Below are positions 19,091-29,184 of a DNA stretch of 64,000 bases, piece after piece. A program made the position numbers and the translations under genes. The notes under the pieces are model-generated. The model ran no database searches. It was not told where the DNA came from and saw only the letters and a program-made list of their open reading frames with translations. The stretch lies in sequence record OM728297.1. One strand, written 5' to 3'. The stretch's first letter is position 1. Each line of letters opens with the position of its first letter.

Positions 19091-21106
19091 ATGGATGACA
19101 TCAGTGTAATTAAGAATGAAGATTATGAAGGTTCACATAGATTTTTAGCAGAGGAATTACTAATGCCTAATGCAAATAAAACAGATGGTAATAGATCTAC
19201 AATGTTCTGCTCTCACTTAGCACAGGCAGTAACTCTACAAAAGGCTGAACCGCCATTAGTCTATACTAACTTTGAGAATCAAGTTGGAAAGTATTCAACT
19301 GCAGGTTATAGAAAAGCTAATAGTAATTATAAGGTTATTGAAAAAATTTATAAGAATGATTATAATTATGTACTTATTGTACAAGATCAGGAAACTGGGG
19401 AATATACATTATTTGAAAGAGCTGAATGTGAGTTTCTAACTGAACATTATGGTTTTCAATGGGATAACGATAAAATTGATTCATTAAAGAAAGATGATAC
19501 AATTGAAAAAGATACTGTATTATATAAGAATACCTGTTATGATGAAAATATGAATTTTGGCTATGGTGTTAATTTAAATGCTGCATATTTTAGTTATAAG
19601 AATGAAACATTAGAGGATGCTATTGTAATCTCTGAAAGTGCCGCTAAAAAGCTAGGAACATATAGTGTTAACAAAGTAAAAGTATCTGTCAATACAAATG
19701 ATATCTTGCTTAACCTATATGGTGATAATGAGAATTATAAAGGATTCCCAGATATTGGAGAGCATATTAAAAATCAGATTATTGCTAGCCGTAGAAGATT
19801 TGATTATAACACTGCATTATATGAATTAAAGAATCTAAATGAAATGAGAGATTCAGATACTCCATTCTTTGCTGATGGTAAGATTGTAGATATTGAGATT
19901 TTCTCTAATGTACCTGAAGAAGAATTAAAGGTACAGAAGTATAATGAACAAGTTCTATACTATATTAATAAGCAAAAAGAATTTTCTAATAATGTTTATC
20001 AAAAACTTAAAAAGATTGTAGAAGGTAAAGATAGTAATGTTTCAGACAAGCTATTGCACTTCTATAATAATTGTAAAATGAGAATTGATGAAAATATTTC
20101 TTACACTTATCAGAATAGTAAGTTTAGTGGTTTTATTATGGAATTCACAATTTTAGAGGAAGAACCATTAAATAAAGGAAGTAAGATTACAGGTAGATAT
20201 GGTAATAAAGGTGTAATTAGTAAAATACTCCCTGATGATCAAATGCCTACTGTGGCTGAAGGACGTTTTAAAGGACTCAAGGCAGACATTTGTCTTAATC
20301 CTCTTGGTGTATTTAACCGCCTTAATCCAAGTCAGTTGATCGAACAAGAATTAAACTGGATTGCTAAATTCATTAGAAAAGATATGGAAGAAGCAGGAAG
20401 TAATGAAGAAAAAGTTAGCATCTTACTTGATTTCTTAAATAGAGTGAATAAAGAAGAAACTGAATTAATGGAAGAATTCATTAATAGTTTTAATAAAACA
20501 GAATTAGAAGAGTTTCTAAATGATATTATTGAAAATGGAATTCCTATCTGTCAAAAGCCATTCTTTGGTAATATTGGTTTAGATGAACTTTGGGAATTAT
20601 ACGATCATTATGATCATATTGATTACTTTAAATGTGAGGGAATTAGTACTCCTTTAATTATTGGAGAAATTTATATGGTTAGATTAAAACATGAGCCGCA
20701 TTCTAAATTTAGCGCTCGTAGTACATCATTTATGAACCTAAGAGGTCTACCAGCTAAATCTAAGAACTTTAAAGAGCATAAAGACTTATATTCAAAAACA
20801 CCTGTACGTATTGGTAATATGGAGATTTCTAACTTAAGTCTTACCAATGAAATGGGTTCTATTATGGATATGCTAAATTCATACTCTAATAATGAGACTA
20901 ATAGAAGAGAACTTATTATGCAATTATTAACTGGAAATCCATTTGATACCAATATTGATCTTTCAGATGTAGAGTCAGGTACAAGTAAGATTCTTAAATC
21001 TTTATTCACATGTCTCGGTCTTTCTATTGATGATGTAGAAGAAGAATGGGAGAATAAACTAAATGGAAAAGTAGAGGATGAAAATAATGGGAGTGAGAAG
21101 AAGTGA
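19091..21106 (+). CDS. rpoB: Non-virion RNA polymerase beta subunit, C-terminal part
   Basis: EDAIVISES, GSKITGRYGNKG, LNPLG..RLNPSQ, IYMVRLKH, RIGNME; closely resembles AR9 nvRNAP beta-C as remembered. Confidence 0.95.
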   Translation: MDDISVIKNEDYEGSHRFLAEELLMPNANKTDGNRSTMFCSHLAQAVTLQKAEPPLVYTNFENQVGKYSTAGYRKANSNYKVIEKIYKNDYNYVLIVQDQETGEYTLFERAECEFLTEHYGFQWDNDKIDSLKKDDTIEKDTVLYKNTCYDENMNFGYGVNLNAAYFSYKNETLEDAIVISESAAKKLGTYSVNKVKVSVNTNDILLNLYGDNENYKGFPDIGEHIKNQIIASRRRFDYNTALYELKNLNEMRDSDTPFFADGKIVDIEIFSNVPEEELKVQKYNEQVLYYINKQKEFSNNVYQKLKKIVEGKDSNVSDKLLHFYNNCKMRIDENISYTYQNSKFSGFIMEFTILEEEPLNKGSKITGRYGNKGVISKILPDDQMPTVAEGRFKGLKADICLNPLGVFNRLNPSQLIEQELNWIAKFIRKDMEEAGSNEEKVSILLDFLNRVNKEETELMEEFINSFNKTELEEFLNDIIENGIPICQKPFFGNIGLDELWELYDHYDHIDYFKCEGISTPLIIGEIYMVRLKHEPHSKFSARSTSFMNLRGLPAKSKNFKEHKDLYSKTPVRIGNMEISNLSLTNEMGSIMDMLNSYSNNETNRRELIMQLLTGNPFDTNIDLSDVESGTSKILKSLFTCLGLSIDDVEEEWENKLNGKVEDENNGSEKK

Positions 21107-21422
21107 TTATCTAATTATTGGGTATGATATTGGTTATGACCAATATCATCCTGATAAGTATGATGAGTTTGAGGAACTCAATGAGATTAAAGAAGAAGGA
21201 AAATTAACTTATTTAATTGATTTTATGAATGGGGAATATTTCTTTGTAGGTGAAATTATAAAGTGTGACGAAGAAGGAATCAATGGGTTTGGTACAGTTT
21301 GTTTAGAAGAACATTCATATGAGTTTATTGATAGTAGGATGAGAGTGAAAAGATACATTAAAGAAAAATTTGGAATGAAAAATGTTTTACCAAGACTTTA
21401 TTTAATTAACCATTTTTCATAA
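21078..21422 (+). CDS. Hypothetical protein
   Basis: SD GAGG; overlaps end of beta-C. Confidence 0.7.
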   Translation: MKIMGVRRSDYLIIGYDIGYDQYHPDKYDEFEELNEIKEEGKLTYLIDFMNGEYFFVGEIIKCDEEGINGFGTVCLEEHSYEFIDSRMRVKRYIKEKFGMKNVLPRLYLINHFS

Positions 21423-21448
21423 TAATTCTTCTTTATATATCAACAGGA

Positions 21449-21637
21449 GTGAATGAAATGAGTGAACAAGAAAAAGAAATTAGATGGGTTGCTGATAATA
21501 CTATCTTTACCCATTTTACTTTTGGTATTCGTAATTTTAAGAAGATTCTAGAAGCTGTTTTAATTAAGTTAGATGGTCAATATGACACAAAATTAGTTCA
21601 AGATATAACTAGAGAAATTTATAATGAACAAGTATAA
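21449..21637 (+). CDS. Hypothetical protein
   Basis: SD AGGAG; start 21449 or 21458. Confidence 0.65.
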   Translation: MNEMSEQEKEIRWVADNTIFTHFTFGIRNFKKILEAVLIKLDGQYDTKLVQDITREIYNEQV

Positions 21638-21651
21638 ATCATAATAAGAGA

Positions 21652-21690
21652 CGTATAATAGATGTGTGCCAGTTTCACATCTATTATACG
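21652..21690 (+). terminator. Hairpin (terminator-like)
   Basis: 15-bp perfect IR. Confidence 0.65.
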
Positions 21691-21773
21691 CTATTAAAAT
21701 TACAGGAGGACATTATTAATATGTTTATTTCCTGTAATAAAAAAGACATAATTTTGAGAGGAAGAGATATTTT

Positions 21774-22181
21774 ATGGGGAATGTAGTAGAATTTAAAAGA
21801 AAAACAGAAAATGAAGAAGTAACCGTAGAAGAAATTCAGTTAGAATATGTTAAAAAGAAAATTTTAGATACATATGAATTAGAAGAAAAAGATATTATGG
21901 AAGTTGATGAGATGGTTAAAGTATATTTAGATCATCTAGAAAAAGGAGAGGTAATGGTCTTCTCAAGTAGTGAAGACGCTTTATCATTTGCTAATATTAT
22001 AATTAATCATCCAGAATTTAAAGATATTTCACATTTTAAAGTTACTCCTAATATTTCACGACTTTCAATGTTTTATGAACTAGAACCTATAATGAAAAAT
22101 TCTAATAAAAAGTATATCTTTCCATCAGAAGATAAATTTGTTCCATCTATTCACTATAGAAATATCAATGAAATTCTATAA
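21774..22181 (+). CDS. Hypothetical protein
   Basis: SD GAGG. Confidence 0.7.
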   Translation: MGNVVEFKRKTENEEVTVEEIQLEYVKKKILDTYELEEKDIMEVDEMVKVYLDHLEKGEVMVFSSSEDALSFANIIINHPEFKDISHFKVTPNISRLSMFYELEPIMKNSNKKYIFPSEDKFVPSIHYRNINEIL

Positions 22182-22250
22182 TATTACATGAACTAGGAAG
22201 GGGTTCTAGAAATCATTACACTTATATTCTTTAAAATAGGAGGAAGAAAA

Positions 22251-22778
22251 ATGATAATTGAGAAAGAAGGTAACTTGCTTGAAGCTGAGGAAAATATAAT
22301 TGCGCACCAAGTAAATTGTCAGGGAGTTATGAGATCTGGTATTGCGTTACAGATTGCTAAAAAACATCCTCTTATTCTTAAAAAATATAAAGAAATTTGT
22401 AAGTCAACAAAGCCGGAAAATCTACTTGGTGAATGTCAAATTATTCTTGTATCTCGTAAATCTCCTTTTAGTGAAGAAGATGATTTATTTACTTATAATA
22501 GTACAAAATATTTTGTAAATCTATTTTCACAATTTGGATATGGTAATAAGGGAAGATATACACGATATTCTTATTTAAAAGAATGCTTAATAACACTAAA
22601 AGAATTTGCAAAACCTCATAATTTATCTATAGCACTTCCATATAAAATTGGTTGTGGAAGAGGTGGAGGAGATTGGATAAAAGTTAGAAAAATAATTAAT
22701 GATGTTTTTGATGATTATGATGTGACATTATATAAATTTGATGAAAGAAAGTTAGAGTCTCAATATGGAAAAAGATAA
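22251..22778 (+). CDS. Macrodomain protein (Poa1p/TARG1-like class)
   Basis: GNLL...IAHQVNCQGVMRSGIA...P and IGCGRGGGDW motifs. Confidence 0.85.
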   Translation: MIIEKEGNLLEAEENIIAHQVNCQGVMRSGIALQIAKKHPLILKKYKEICKSTKPENLLGECQIILVSRKSPFSEEDDLFTYNSTKYFVNLFSQFGYGNKGRYTRYSYLKECLITLKEFAKPHNLSIALPYKIGCGRGGGDWIKVRKIINDVFDDYDVTLYKFDERKLESQYGKR

Positions 22779-22929
22779 TCTAAGAGAATGGATTAAAACA
22801 TTTAGGTGGGTAAAGAAGAATCCTTTATATGCTGTACAGAGATTATTTCATTATGAAGAAATAATTGAAAGACGAGATAACACTATTAAAGAATTAAAAT
22901 TAAAAATTAAGAAATTAGAGGGGAATTAA
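22765..22929 (+). CDS. Small hypothetical protein (54 aa, not in ORF track)
   Basis: ATG overlaps macro gene end; stop 2 nt before next ATG; coiled-coil C-end. Confidence 0.5.
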   Translation: MEKDNLREWIKTFRWVKKNPLYAVQRLFHYEEIIERRDNTIKELKLKIKKLEGN

Positions 22930-22931
22930 CT

Positions 22932-23168
22932 ATGGGAAAAGAAGTAACATTTGAGATAGTAAAAGAATTAGGAGTACTTTCAGAGGGTAAAAATGGTTGG
23001 ACAAAGCAGGTTAATATTGTTAAATGGAATAATGGAAAACCTAAATTAGATATTCGGGATTGGAATGAAGACCGAAGTAAGATGGGTAAAGGAATTACAT
23101 TAAATTATGATGACGTTCAACTATTATCTGACATTTTAGAAGATTGTAAAGATGATCTTGATATCTAA
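22932..23168 (+). CDS. PC4/YdbC-family ssDNA-binding protein
   Basis: LGVLSE...GWTKQVN.V.WN....KLDIRDW......MGKGITL signature. Confidence 0.85.
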   Translation: MGKEVTFEIVKELGVLSEGKNGWTKQVNIVKWNNGKPKLDIRDWNEDRSKMGKGITLNYDDVQLLSDILEDCKDDLDI

Positions 23169-23213
23169 TTGATATCAAGATCTCTTATTACATAATTAGG
23201 AGGATAATTTAAA

Positions 23214-23495
23214 ATGGAAAAACAATATTTCTTAGAATTCGTTCACAACACTATTAAAGAAAATCCTGATTGGTTGGGGGAGGCAGTTCTTTATATGCAG
23301 GATGGTCTTAAAAGATCATTAGAAGAAGAAAGACAAAAAAGAAATGATGCTGAATATGCATTAGTAATGGCATATGATATGTTAAGCGAGAAAAAATTAA
23401 ATAGTCGCCCAGCTAATCATACTGCCATTAAGAAAGTACTGAAAAATAGTTCTGCCTTCCAAGGTACTGCTTTTGTAGAAGAATTAGATGTATAA
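23214..23495 (+). CDS. Hypothetical protein
   Basis: SD AGGAGG. Confidence 0.7.
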   Translation: MEKQYFLEFVHNTIKENPDWLGEAVLYMQDGLKRSLEEERQKRNDAEYALVMAYDMLSEKKLNSRPANHTAIKKVLKNSSAFQGTAFVEELDV

Positions 23496-23559
23496 TATAG
23501 GAAATAATTTCAATATAAATGAAATATAGCAACAAAAAATTTTAAAGGAGGAATTAACA

Positions 23560-25605
23560 TTGGATAAACTTAAAATTCAGAAATTCATTATGAGTCTTAA
23601 ACAAAAGAAAAATTTGAGTGCAGAAAAATTAGAAGAGGTCAAATCATTTCTAGATAAGGCTTCAGAAGCCTATTATAACACTGGGCAAGAAATCTTATCT
23701 GATGATGAATTTGATGCCATTGCCAGAGAATTTAAACGTTTGGGTGGTAAATTAGATGTAGGCGCTAATCCACCTAAAGGAAAAGGAACAGTAGATGTAT
23801 CTCATACATTTGCTGAGTTAGTTGGTACATTAGATAAAACAAATTTTATTTATGAAAAGAACGTTGATGATCCAAGCAAGAAGAGTGTAGAAGAATGGCT
23901 AAACAATATTATCAAAAAGTTAGGGAATGATAAAGAATTTAGTCTAGGTATCAGTTTTAAATTTGATGGTAATTCGGTTGTTATTGAATATAAAGATGGA
24001 AAAGTAGTTAGAGCATTAACAAGAGGTAGAAATGGTCTAGGAATGGATTTAACTCATGTCTTTAAAGATCATACTATTAAAAGAAAAGATCATGTAGGAA
24101 TCAAATATGAAATCATTATTCCTTGGAAACGTTATGAAGACTTAATGAAAGATACTGGTGTGTCATATGCTAATCCTAGATCATTAGTATCTGGTAAATT
24201 AGGTGACGATAATGCTTATGAGTATTATAAATATATGGAATTAGTTCCATTATGGATAAAACCTTACAATTCAACAATGGAAAGAACTGAACAGCTAGAA
24301 TTTATTGAAGAAGCATTTGGGGAAGATAATAGTTTATTCAGTGATTATAGATTGATTGAAGGAGTAACAGGAAATAATTTAACTCCTTTTATGGAAGAAT
24401 TAGAAGATATGTATGAAAAATATAATATTGAAAGATATAATCTTCCATTTATGATAGATGGTTTAGTTATTGAAGTATTAGAAGAAGATATTAGAAATAC
24501 ATTAGGGTACGTGAATGATGAACCTAACTGGGCAACTGCTTTAAAATTCCCTTATATGGAAAAAACTACTACTGTAACTGATTTTGATTTTACATTAGGT
24601 GACTCAGGAATTATTACTGCAAGAGTCTGGTATGAACCAGTAACTTTTAATGGAACTGAACACCGAAAACAATCCCTTCAGAACTATAAGAGATTTAAAG
24701 AGTTAGGTTTAGGAATTGGTAGTCAAATTCTAGTTCAGTATCGCAATGATTGTCTTAGCTATGTTGTTCCAATTTTAAATGAGCACAATAAAAATATCAC
24801 CCCTCACCCTTATACTGATAAATGTCCAGTATGTAGTGGTGAAGTTGGGATTACTAAAACTGGTGCTTTCGCCTATTGTAAGAATGAAATATGTGAAGGT
24901 AAGACAGTAGGTAAAATTCAGAACTATTTAACTAAGATGGATATTAAAGGGATTAAAGAATCAACTATTGTCAAACTTCATAATGCAGGATTAGTAAAAA
25001 GTATCACTGATCTTTATACAATGGATTATGGAAAGATTGCTGAAGTAGACGGTTTAGGTGCAATTGCTTCAATTAATATTAGTGGTGCTATCAATAGTAA
25101 AATTCCATATGACTATGAAATTATTGGTGCATTAGGTATTAGTAGTTTTTCTACATCCAAAGCTAAAGAACTTTGTAAAGTATTTTCTGTTCAAGAAATG
25201 CTTGATATACTTGAGTATTACTATCCTGAAAATCTAATTAACAGTATTACTCAACAAGAAGGATTTTCTGATATTACCGCTAACTATATTGTGGAAGGCT
25301 TACAAAAGAATAAAGAAACTATTGAATTTTTATTAAAAAGAGAACACAAAGTCTTTAAAACAGAATATGAAAAAATGGCTGGAGTACAAGCTATGAAAAT
25401 TGTTTTTACTAACTTCCGTGATGAAGCAATGCAAATTCAATTAGAGATGGCTGGTCATAAAATTACAAGTGCAGTCTCAAGAAAAACTAATATTGTCGTA
25501 ACCCCTAATCCAAACGGAAATACAGTTAAATTAAAGAAAGCAAGAGAATATGGAATCCGAATTGTAAGTGTAGATGAGTTCAAAGAAGAAATGGGAATTA
25601 GCTAA
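23560..25605 (+). CDS. ligA: NAD-dependent DNA ligase
   Basis: AYYN...SD.EFD, KFDG adenylation motif, TRG.G..G, DGLV, C4 Zn finger, HhH, C-terminal BRCT. Confidence 0.95.
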   Translation: MDKLKIQKFIMSLKQKKNLSAEKLEEVKSFLDKASEAYYNTGQEILSDDEFDAIAREFKRLGGKLDVGANPPKGKGTVDVSHTFAELVGTLDKTNFIYEKNVDDPSKKSVEEWLNNIIKKLGNDKEFSLGISFKFDGNSVVIEYKDGKVVRALTRGRNGLGMDLTHVFKDHTIKRKDHVGIKYEIIIPWKRYEDLMKDTGVSYANPRSLVSGKLGDDNAYEYYKYMELVPLWIKPYNSTMERTEQLEFIEEAFGEDNSLFSDYRLIEGVTGNNLTPFMEELEDMYEKYNIERYNLPFMIDGLVIEVLEEDIRNTLGYVNDEPNWATALKFPYMEKTTTVTDFDFTLGDSGIITARVWYEPVTFNGTEHRKQSLQNYKRFKELGLGIGSQILVQYRNDCLSYVVPILNEHNKNITPHPYTDKCPVCSGEVGITKTGAFAYCKNEICEGKTVGKIQNYLTKMDIKGIKESTIVKLHNAGLVKSITDLYTMDYGKIAEVDGLGAIASINISGAINSKIPYDYEIIGALGISSFSTSKAKELCKVFSVQEMLDILEYYYPENLINSITQQEGFSDITANYIVEGLQKNKETIEFLLKREHKVFKTEYEKMAGVQAMKIVFTNFRDEAMQIQLEMAGHKITSAVSRKTNIVVTPNPNGNTVKLKKAREYGIRIVSVDEFKEEMGIS

Positions 25606-25608
25606 TAT

Positions 25609-25650
25609 AAAATAAAGAGATTCTATAATAGAATCTCTTTATTTTTTTTT
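25609..25650. terminator. Bidirectional hairpin terminator
   Basis: 17-bp perfect IR plus T-tract. Confidence 0.75.
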
Positions 25651-26455
25651 AATTTACCATGGATATAATAGCACCATTAATGGATGATACAACCTTAGAT
25701 AGAGATGCTAGTATTTTAGAATTAAGTTTAATTAATTCTGAGTGAACATGAATGGAACTTGATCCAATGAGATAACTTAATTCATAATTATCCATTCTTG
25801 AAATTCTTTCTTTAATTACAGAAAGATTATCTTTTAATTCTTTCATTGTTCCTTCCACTTCAGCAATGTTTTTATAAGATAATTTTAAGAATGTTAATAG
25901 TTTATCAATATCTTTTGTGGTATAAGATGAACTACTCTTATTATCAAGTTTTTCACCAATTGATCGACTTAAACCATCTAAAGATACATCCATAGATGTT
26001 TTAAGAATACTAAATTGAGAAGGATCAGTAATGGTGGACATTCGATTGTGACTATCCATTAGTTTTTTATAATAAGGATCATCTGAAAATGAACTAATAG
26101 TTTTTAATATTTTATCTGGATCAATTTCAATTGTAACTTTCTTTCCACTTGTAAAGTCACTTTCATGAATCTTCTTTTCTAATTCTGATGTCTTTTTGGC
26201 TAATTTAGAAGCAAATTTCTTAAGCTGTGTATTAATCCATTCTTTTATCCTCTGGATAAGTTCAGACAATTTTTTGATGATCTTTTTTAATCCATTAGAT
26301 AAACCCTCATTAAGTAATTCAGTATTTTCTTTAAGTAGGTTATTGTGATGCTTGATAATTAAATTTCTTTCTTCAAGATTCATTTCATTAATTAAGTTCA
26401 TTAAGAAAATGTTCTCTTCATTTAGACTAATAAGAAAGTCGGTTGTTAAGTCCAT
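25649..26455 (-). CDS. Putative internal head protein
   Basis: N-terminal propeptide ending LLNE-G then amphipathic KKIIKKLSELIQRIKEWI, as in jumbo-phage inner head proteins; late promoter. Confidence 0.55.
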   Translation of the reverse strand: MDLTTDFLISLNEENIFLMNLINEMNLEERNLIIKHHNNLLKENTELLNEGLSNGLKKIIKKLSELIQRIKEWINTQLKKFASKLAKKTSELEKKIHESDFTSGKKVTIEIDPDKILKTISSFSDDPYYKKLMDSHNRMSTITDPSQFSILKTSMDVSLDGLSRSIGEKLDNKSSSSYTTKDIDKLLTFLKLSYKNIAEVEGTMKELKDNLSVIKERISRMDNYELSYLIGSSSIHVHSELIKLNSKILASLSKVVSSINGAIISMVN

Positions 26456-26483
26456 AAATATAAACCTCCAATTTTATACTTTT

Positions 26484-26495
26484 TATTAAATTGTT
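26484..26495 (-). promoter_or_regulatory. Late-type promoter AACA-N6-TA
   Basis: AACAatttaaTA on minus strand. Confidence 0.65.
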
Positions 26496-26512
26496 CTAAT
26501 AGAAATATAAAT

Positions 26513-26521
26513 ATATATTAT
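26513..26521 (+). promoter_or_regulatory. Early-type promoter motif ATATATTAT
   Basis: Upstream of 26555. Confidence 0.65.
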
Positions 26522-26554
26522 TATACTGATCAATTTGTAAAGGAGAGAATTTCA

Positions 26555-26758
26555 ATGAGTTTATCTGATTCTATTGGAGTTGGAAGAGTAACAAAATTGG
26601 ATAAGGATGAATTAAAAAGAGAACTTGAAAAATTCTATAATACTTCTAATCATCCTAAAAGAGAAAAATTATTTGAACTTGCTTGGGAATATGGTCATGC
26701 TCATGGTAGCCATGAAGTAGATTTTTATTATGATGATTTAATTGATCTTATTCGATAA
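26555..26758 (+). CDS. Hypothetical protein
   Basis: SD AAGGAG; AWEYGHAHG motif. Confidence 0.7.
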   Translation: MSLSDSIGVGRVTKLDKDELKRELEKFYNTSNHPKREKLFELAWEYGHAHGSHEVDFYYDDLIDLIR

Positions 26759-26773
26759 AAAGGAGAGAATAAA

Positions 26774-26920
26774 GTGAAAGAAAAAATCGGTATACTTTTA
26801 GAGAAGATTAAAGATATGAACATTAATTTTAATCATGGCGGTGTAAATCTAGTTATTAACGAAGAAGGATTTAAATTAAATGTTGCTAAGAAGGAACAAA
26901 AGAAATTAGAGAATAAATAA
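26774..26920 (+). CDS. Small hypothetical protein (48 aa, not in ORF track)
   Basis: SD AAGGAG, GTG start, followed by hairpin. Confidence 0.6.
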   Translation: MKEKIGILLEKIKDMNINFNHGGVNLVINEEGFKLNVAKKEQKKLENK

Positions 26921-26932
26921 TTGGGAAATGAA

Positions 26933-26962
26933 AAATTAGGGAAGAATATTCTTCCCTAATTT
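26933..26962 (+). terminator. Hairpin terminator
   Basis: 14-bp perfect IR. Confidence 0.7.
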
Positions 26963-26993
26963 GTTTATACTAATATAAAAAGGAGGTTAATGT

Positions 26994-27533
26994 ATGTCTA
27001 TTAAAAGACAAGATGTAATTGACCAACTATGGGAAAGAAGATCAAATGATTATGTACTTAAAGATGATAAAGAAGAATTTGAGCTTGATGAAATAGTAAA
27101 AGTAACGCACCGTCATCAAATTTTTGAAAAAGATCTTCATGATGTTGAATTTAAATTACAGCATTTACTTGAAAGAAGTATTACATGTCCTATTTGTCAA
27201 CCTAATACTCAGCATGAAGCTGGTGTAAAAGTCTTAAGAGATTATTTTAAGAATAAACTTCAATTGGTAGATGAAGAAATTCAAGAAAAGGCTATTGAAA
27301 CAGATAAAGGACATGTATTTGATTTTCTAATATTTGATCGTTTAGTAATACATTATTTTGATCCATCTTATTATGTAAACTTTACAAGAGAATCAGATGA
27401 AATGGTGGATTTAATGGCAGAATTTGTTGATTCAGATGATTATGATTTACTCCCCGTAAACTATGCTGATATTACTAATATCTTAGCAGGTGGAGATTTA
27501 GAGTTAAATCCAGATGAAGATGATGAAGAATGA
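26994..27533 (+). CDS. Hypothetical protein with CPIC motif, possible degenerate PD-(D/E)xK fold
   Basis: TCPICQP followed by FDF-LI strand pattern. Confidence 0.6.
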   Translation: MSIKRQDVIDQLWERRSNDYVLKDDKEEFELDEIVKVTHRHQIFEKDLHDVEFKLQHLLERSITCPICQPNTQHEAGVKVLRDYFKNKLQLVDEEIQEKAIETDKGHVFDFLIFDRLVIHYFDPSYYVNFTRESDEMVDLMAEFVDSDDYDLLPVNYADITNILAGGDLELNPDEDDEE

Positions 27534-27558
27534 CAGAAGGTTTATTTGAACCTTCTGT
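27533..27558 (+). terminator. Hairpin terminator
   Basis: 10-bp IR acagaaggtt/aaccttctgt. Confidence 0.6.
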
Positions 27559-27586
27559 TATATTTATTTAAAGGAGAGAGGATTAG

Positions 27587-28390
27587 ATGATTACTAAAAG
27601 ACAAGTTGAAAGAGTATTCAAAGTTGCTTTACAAGAACAAGGAAAGAAAAATGATTACATAAGAGAAATTGCAAGAAGCTATAAAGGGCATTTTAAGACA
27701 TTTAACTTCTCTGATTTTGAAAATTTTGCAAAAAATTTAGATAATAAAATGTATGAAAAAGCATTTAGAAAGTTTAAAAAAGATTTTAAAGATGATACAT
27801 TAGAATTATATCTACCTTTTGATAATATGGAAATTATCTTTAATAATGGAGATGGTTTAGTTCCACTAGGTAAGAAAGAAAGATATGAGATTATTAGAAT
27901 CTTCATTACAAAGATTAAAGGAACTATTTATATTACTTCACATATTCTTGATAATGAAGAAAAGAAATTATACAATAATTATATTACTTTAGAAAATGGT
28001 ATTCTTGGAGGAATTCATGGTGAAGGAATGTTATCTGATAATTTAGCATCATTTGATTTATTTGTAAATCTAATGGTATGGCTAGATTATATCAATGGAA
28101 GTTACAGTGTAAAAATTATTGATAATAAGAGTCTTCCAAGAGAAGAAAGAAGACGTGTTAAAAGGGAATATCAAAAAGCAAGTGGCACTATTAATTTAAA
28201 CTCAAAAGAATTAATTAAAAGATATATTAGGGAAAAAGAATCAAATAAAAGAGGTAATAAAATCACCAAGCAATTTGAAGTCAGAGGTCATTGGGTACAC
28301 CGTAAAGATGGAACTAAATATTGGAGAAGAGGTTATGTAAAGGGTAAACATTTGGAAGAAAAAACAAACAAAGATTATAATATTAGCTAG
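27587..28390 (+). CDS. Hypothetical protein with C-terminal VRGHW...W..GY.KG motif
   Basis: SD GGAG/GAGG; motif commonly seen in phage proteins. Confidence 0.7.
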   Translation: MITKRQVERVFKVALQEQGKKNDYIREIARSYKGHFKTFNFSDFENFAKNLDNKMYEKAFRKFKKDFKDDTLELYLPFDNMEIIFNNGDGLVPLGKKERYEIIRIFITKIKGTIYITSHILDNEEKKLYNNYITLENGILGGIHGEGMLSDNLASFDLFVNLMVWLDYINGSYSVKIIDNKSLPREERRRVKREYQKASGTINLNSKELIKRYIREKESNKRGNKITKQFEVRGHWVHRKDGTKYWRRGYVKGKHLEEKTNKDYNIS

Positions 28391-28490
28391 GAGGCTTAAT
28401 ATTTGTTAATCAATAGTTATGTACTATTTAGAGATATCATTTTAGGAATGCAATCTGGTTATAATGTAGTAGAAATAATTATAAATTATA

Positions 28491-28751
28491 TTGCGGGAGA
28501 AAAATATGGAAAAACCAATTTTGGTACTTCTAGAAGGTGAGTATCACCGTAGAAAGAATATATTAGTAACTACTGATGTAAGAAAAGTTGCAAGAGAATA
28601 TATAAATTTATTATTAGAAGATGATTGGTTAAATTATCCACATGTAGAAATATGGAAAAACGGAGAGGAAATAAAATATTTTGATGAAAGAATTAAAGAC
28701 GAAAAAAAGTTAGTAAAGATATTAAGTAAATATGCATATAACGATGCATAG
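28491..28751 (+). CDS. Hypothetical protein
   Basis: Likely start ATG 28506 after GGGAG. Confidence 0.6.
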   Translation: MREKNMEKPILVLLEGEYHRRKNILVTTDVRKVAREYINLLLEDDWLNYPHVEIWKNGEEIKYFDERIKDEKKLVKILSKYAYNDA

Positions 28752-28755
28752 TTAA

Positions 28756-28795
28756 AAAGTAATCATAGTAGATATAAGTCTACTATGATTACTTT
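28756..28795. terminator. Bidirectional hairpin terminator
   Basis: 17-bp perfect IR. Confidence 0.75.
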
Positions 28796-28804
28796 ATTTT
28801 AAAT

Positions 28805-29101
28805 TTATTTTTTTAAAGGTTCTTGAAGATGCTTTTTAAGTGTATCAAAAGTTTTAAATGAAGCTCGGCGTGAAGCAGGAATTGTCATTGGTTCACGAGT
28901 ACTAGGGTTATGTCCTTCATAAGATTCACGATAAGTTACAGTAAATTTACCAAGTTTAGGAATAGAAACAGTTGTTTCTTGTTCTTTGTTAACTTCTTTG
29001 TAGATCAATCCAACAAAAGCGTTAAACATTTCCTCAGCTTGTTTTTTAGTAACTCCCGGTACTTCTTCTTTAATATGTTGTGCGATTTGATTGACATTCA
29101 T
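28805..29101 (-). CDS. hup: HU/IHF-family DNA-binding protein
   Basis: VSIPKLGKF.V..R...GHNPSTREPMTIPA.....FK signature. Confidence 0.9.
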   Translation of the reverse strand: MNVNQIAQHIKEEVPGVTKKQAEEMFNAFVGLIYKEVNKEQETTVSIPKLGKFTVTYRESYEGHNPSTREPMTIPASRRASFKTFDTLKKHLQEPLKK

Positions 29102-29184
29102 TATAATGTCCTCCTTAGAATTTATAATTTTTATTTTATCCTAAATCAATATCTTCTAAACAAGATTCTGATTAAGAATTTTTC

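Noticed and set aside
21085-21106. Short C-terminal extension of nvRNAP beta-C (…VEDENNGSEKK) overlapping the next gene
   Set aside because: Probably a one-base difference in an A-run relative to the AR9 end as I remember it; likely trivial and not verifiable here.
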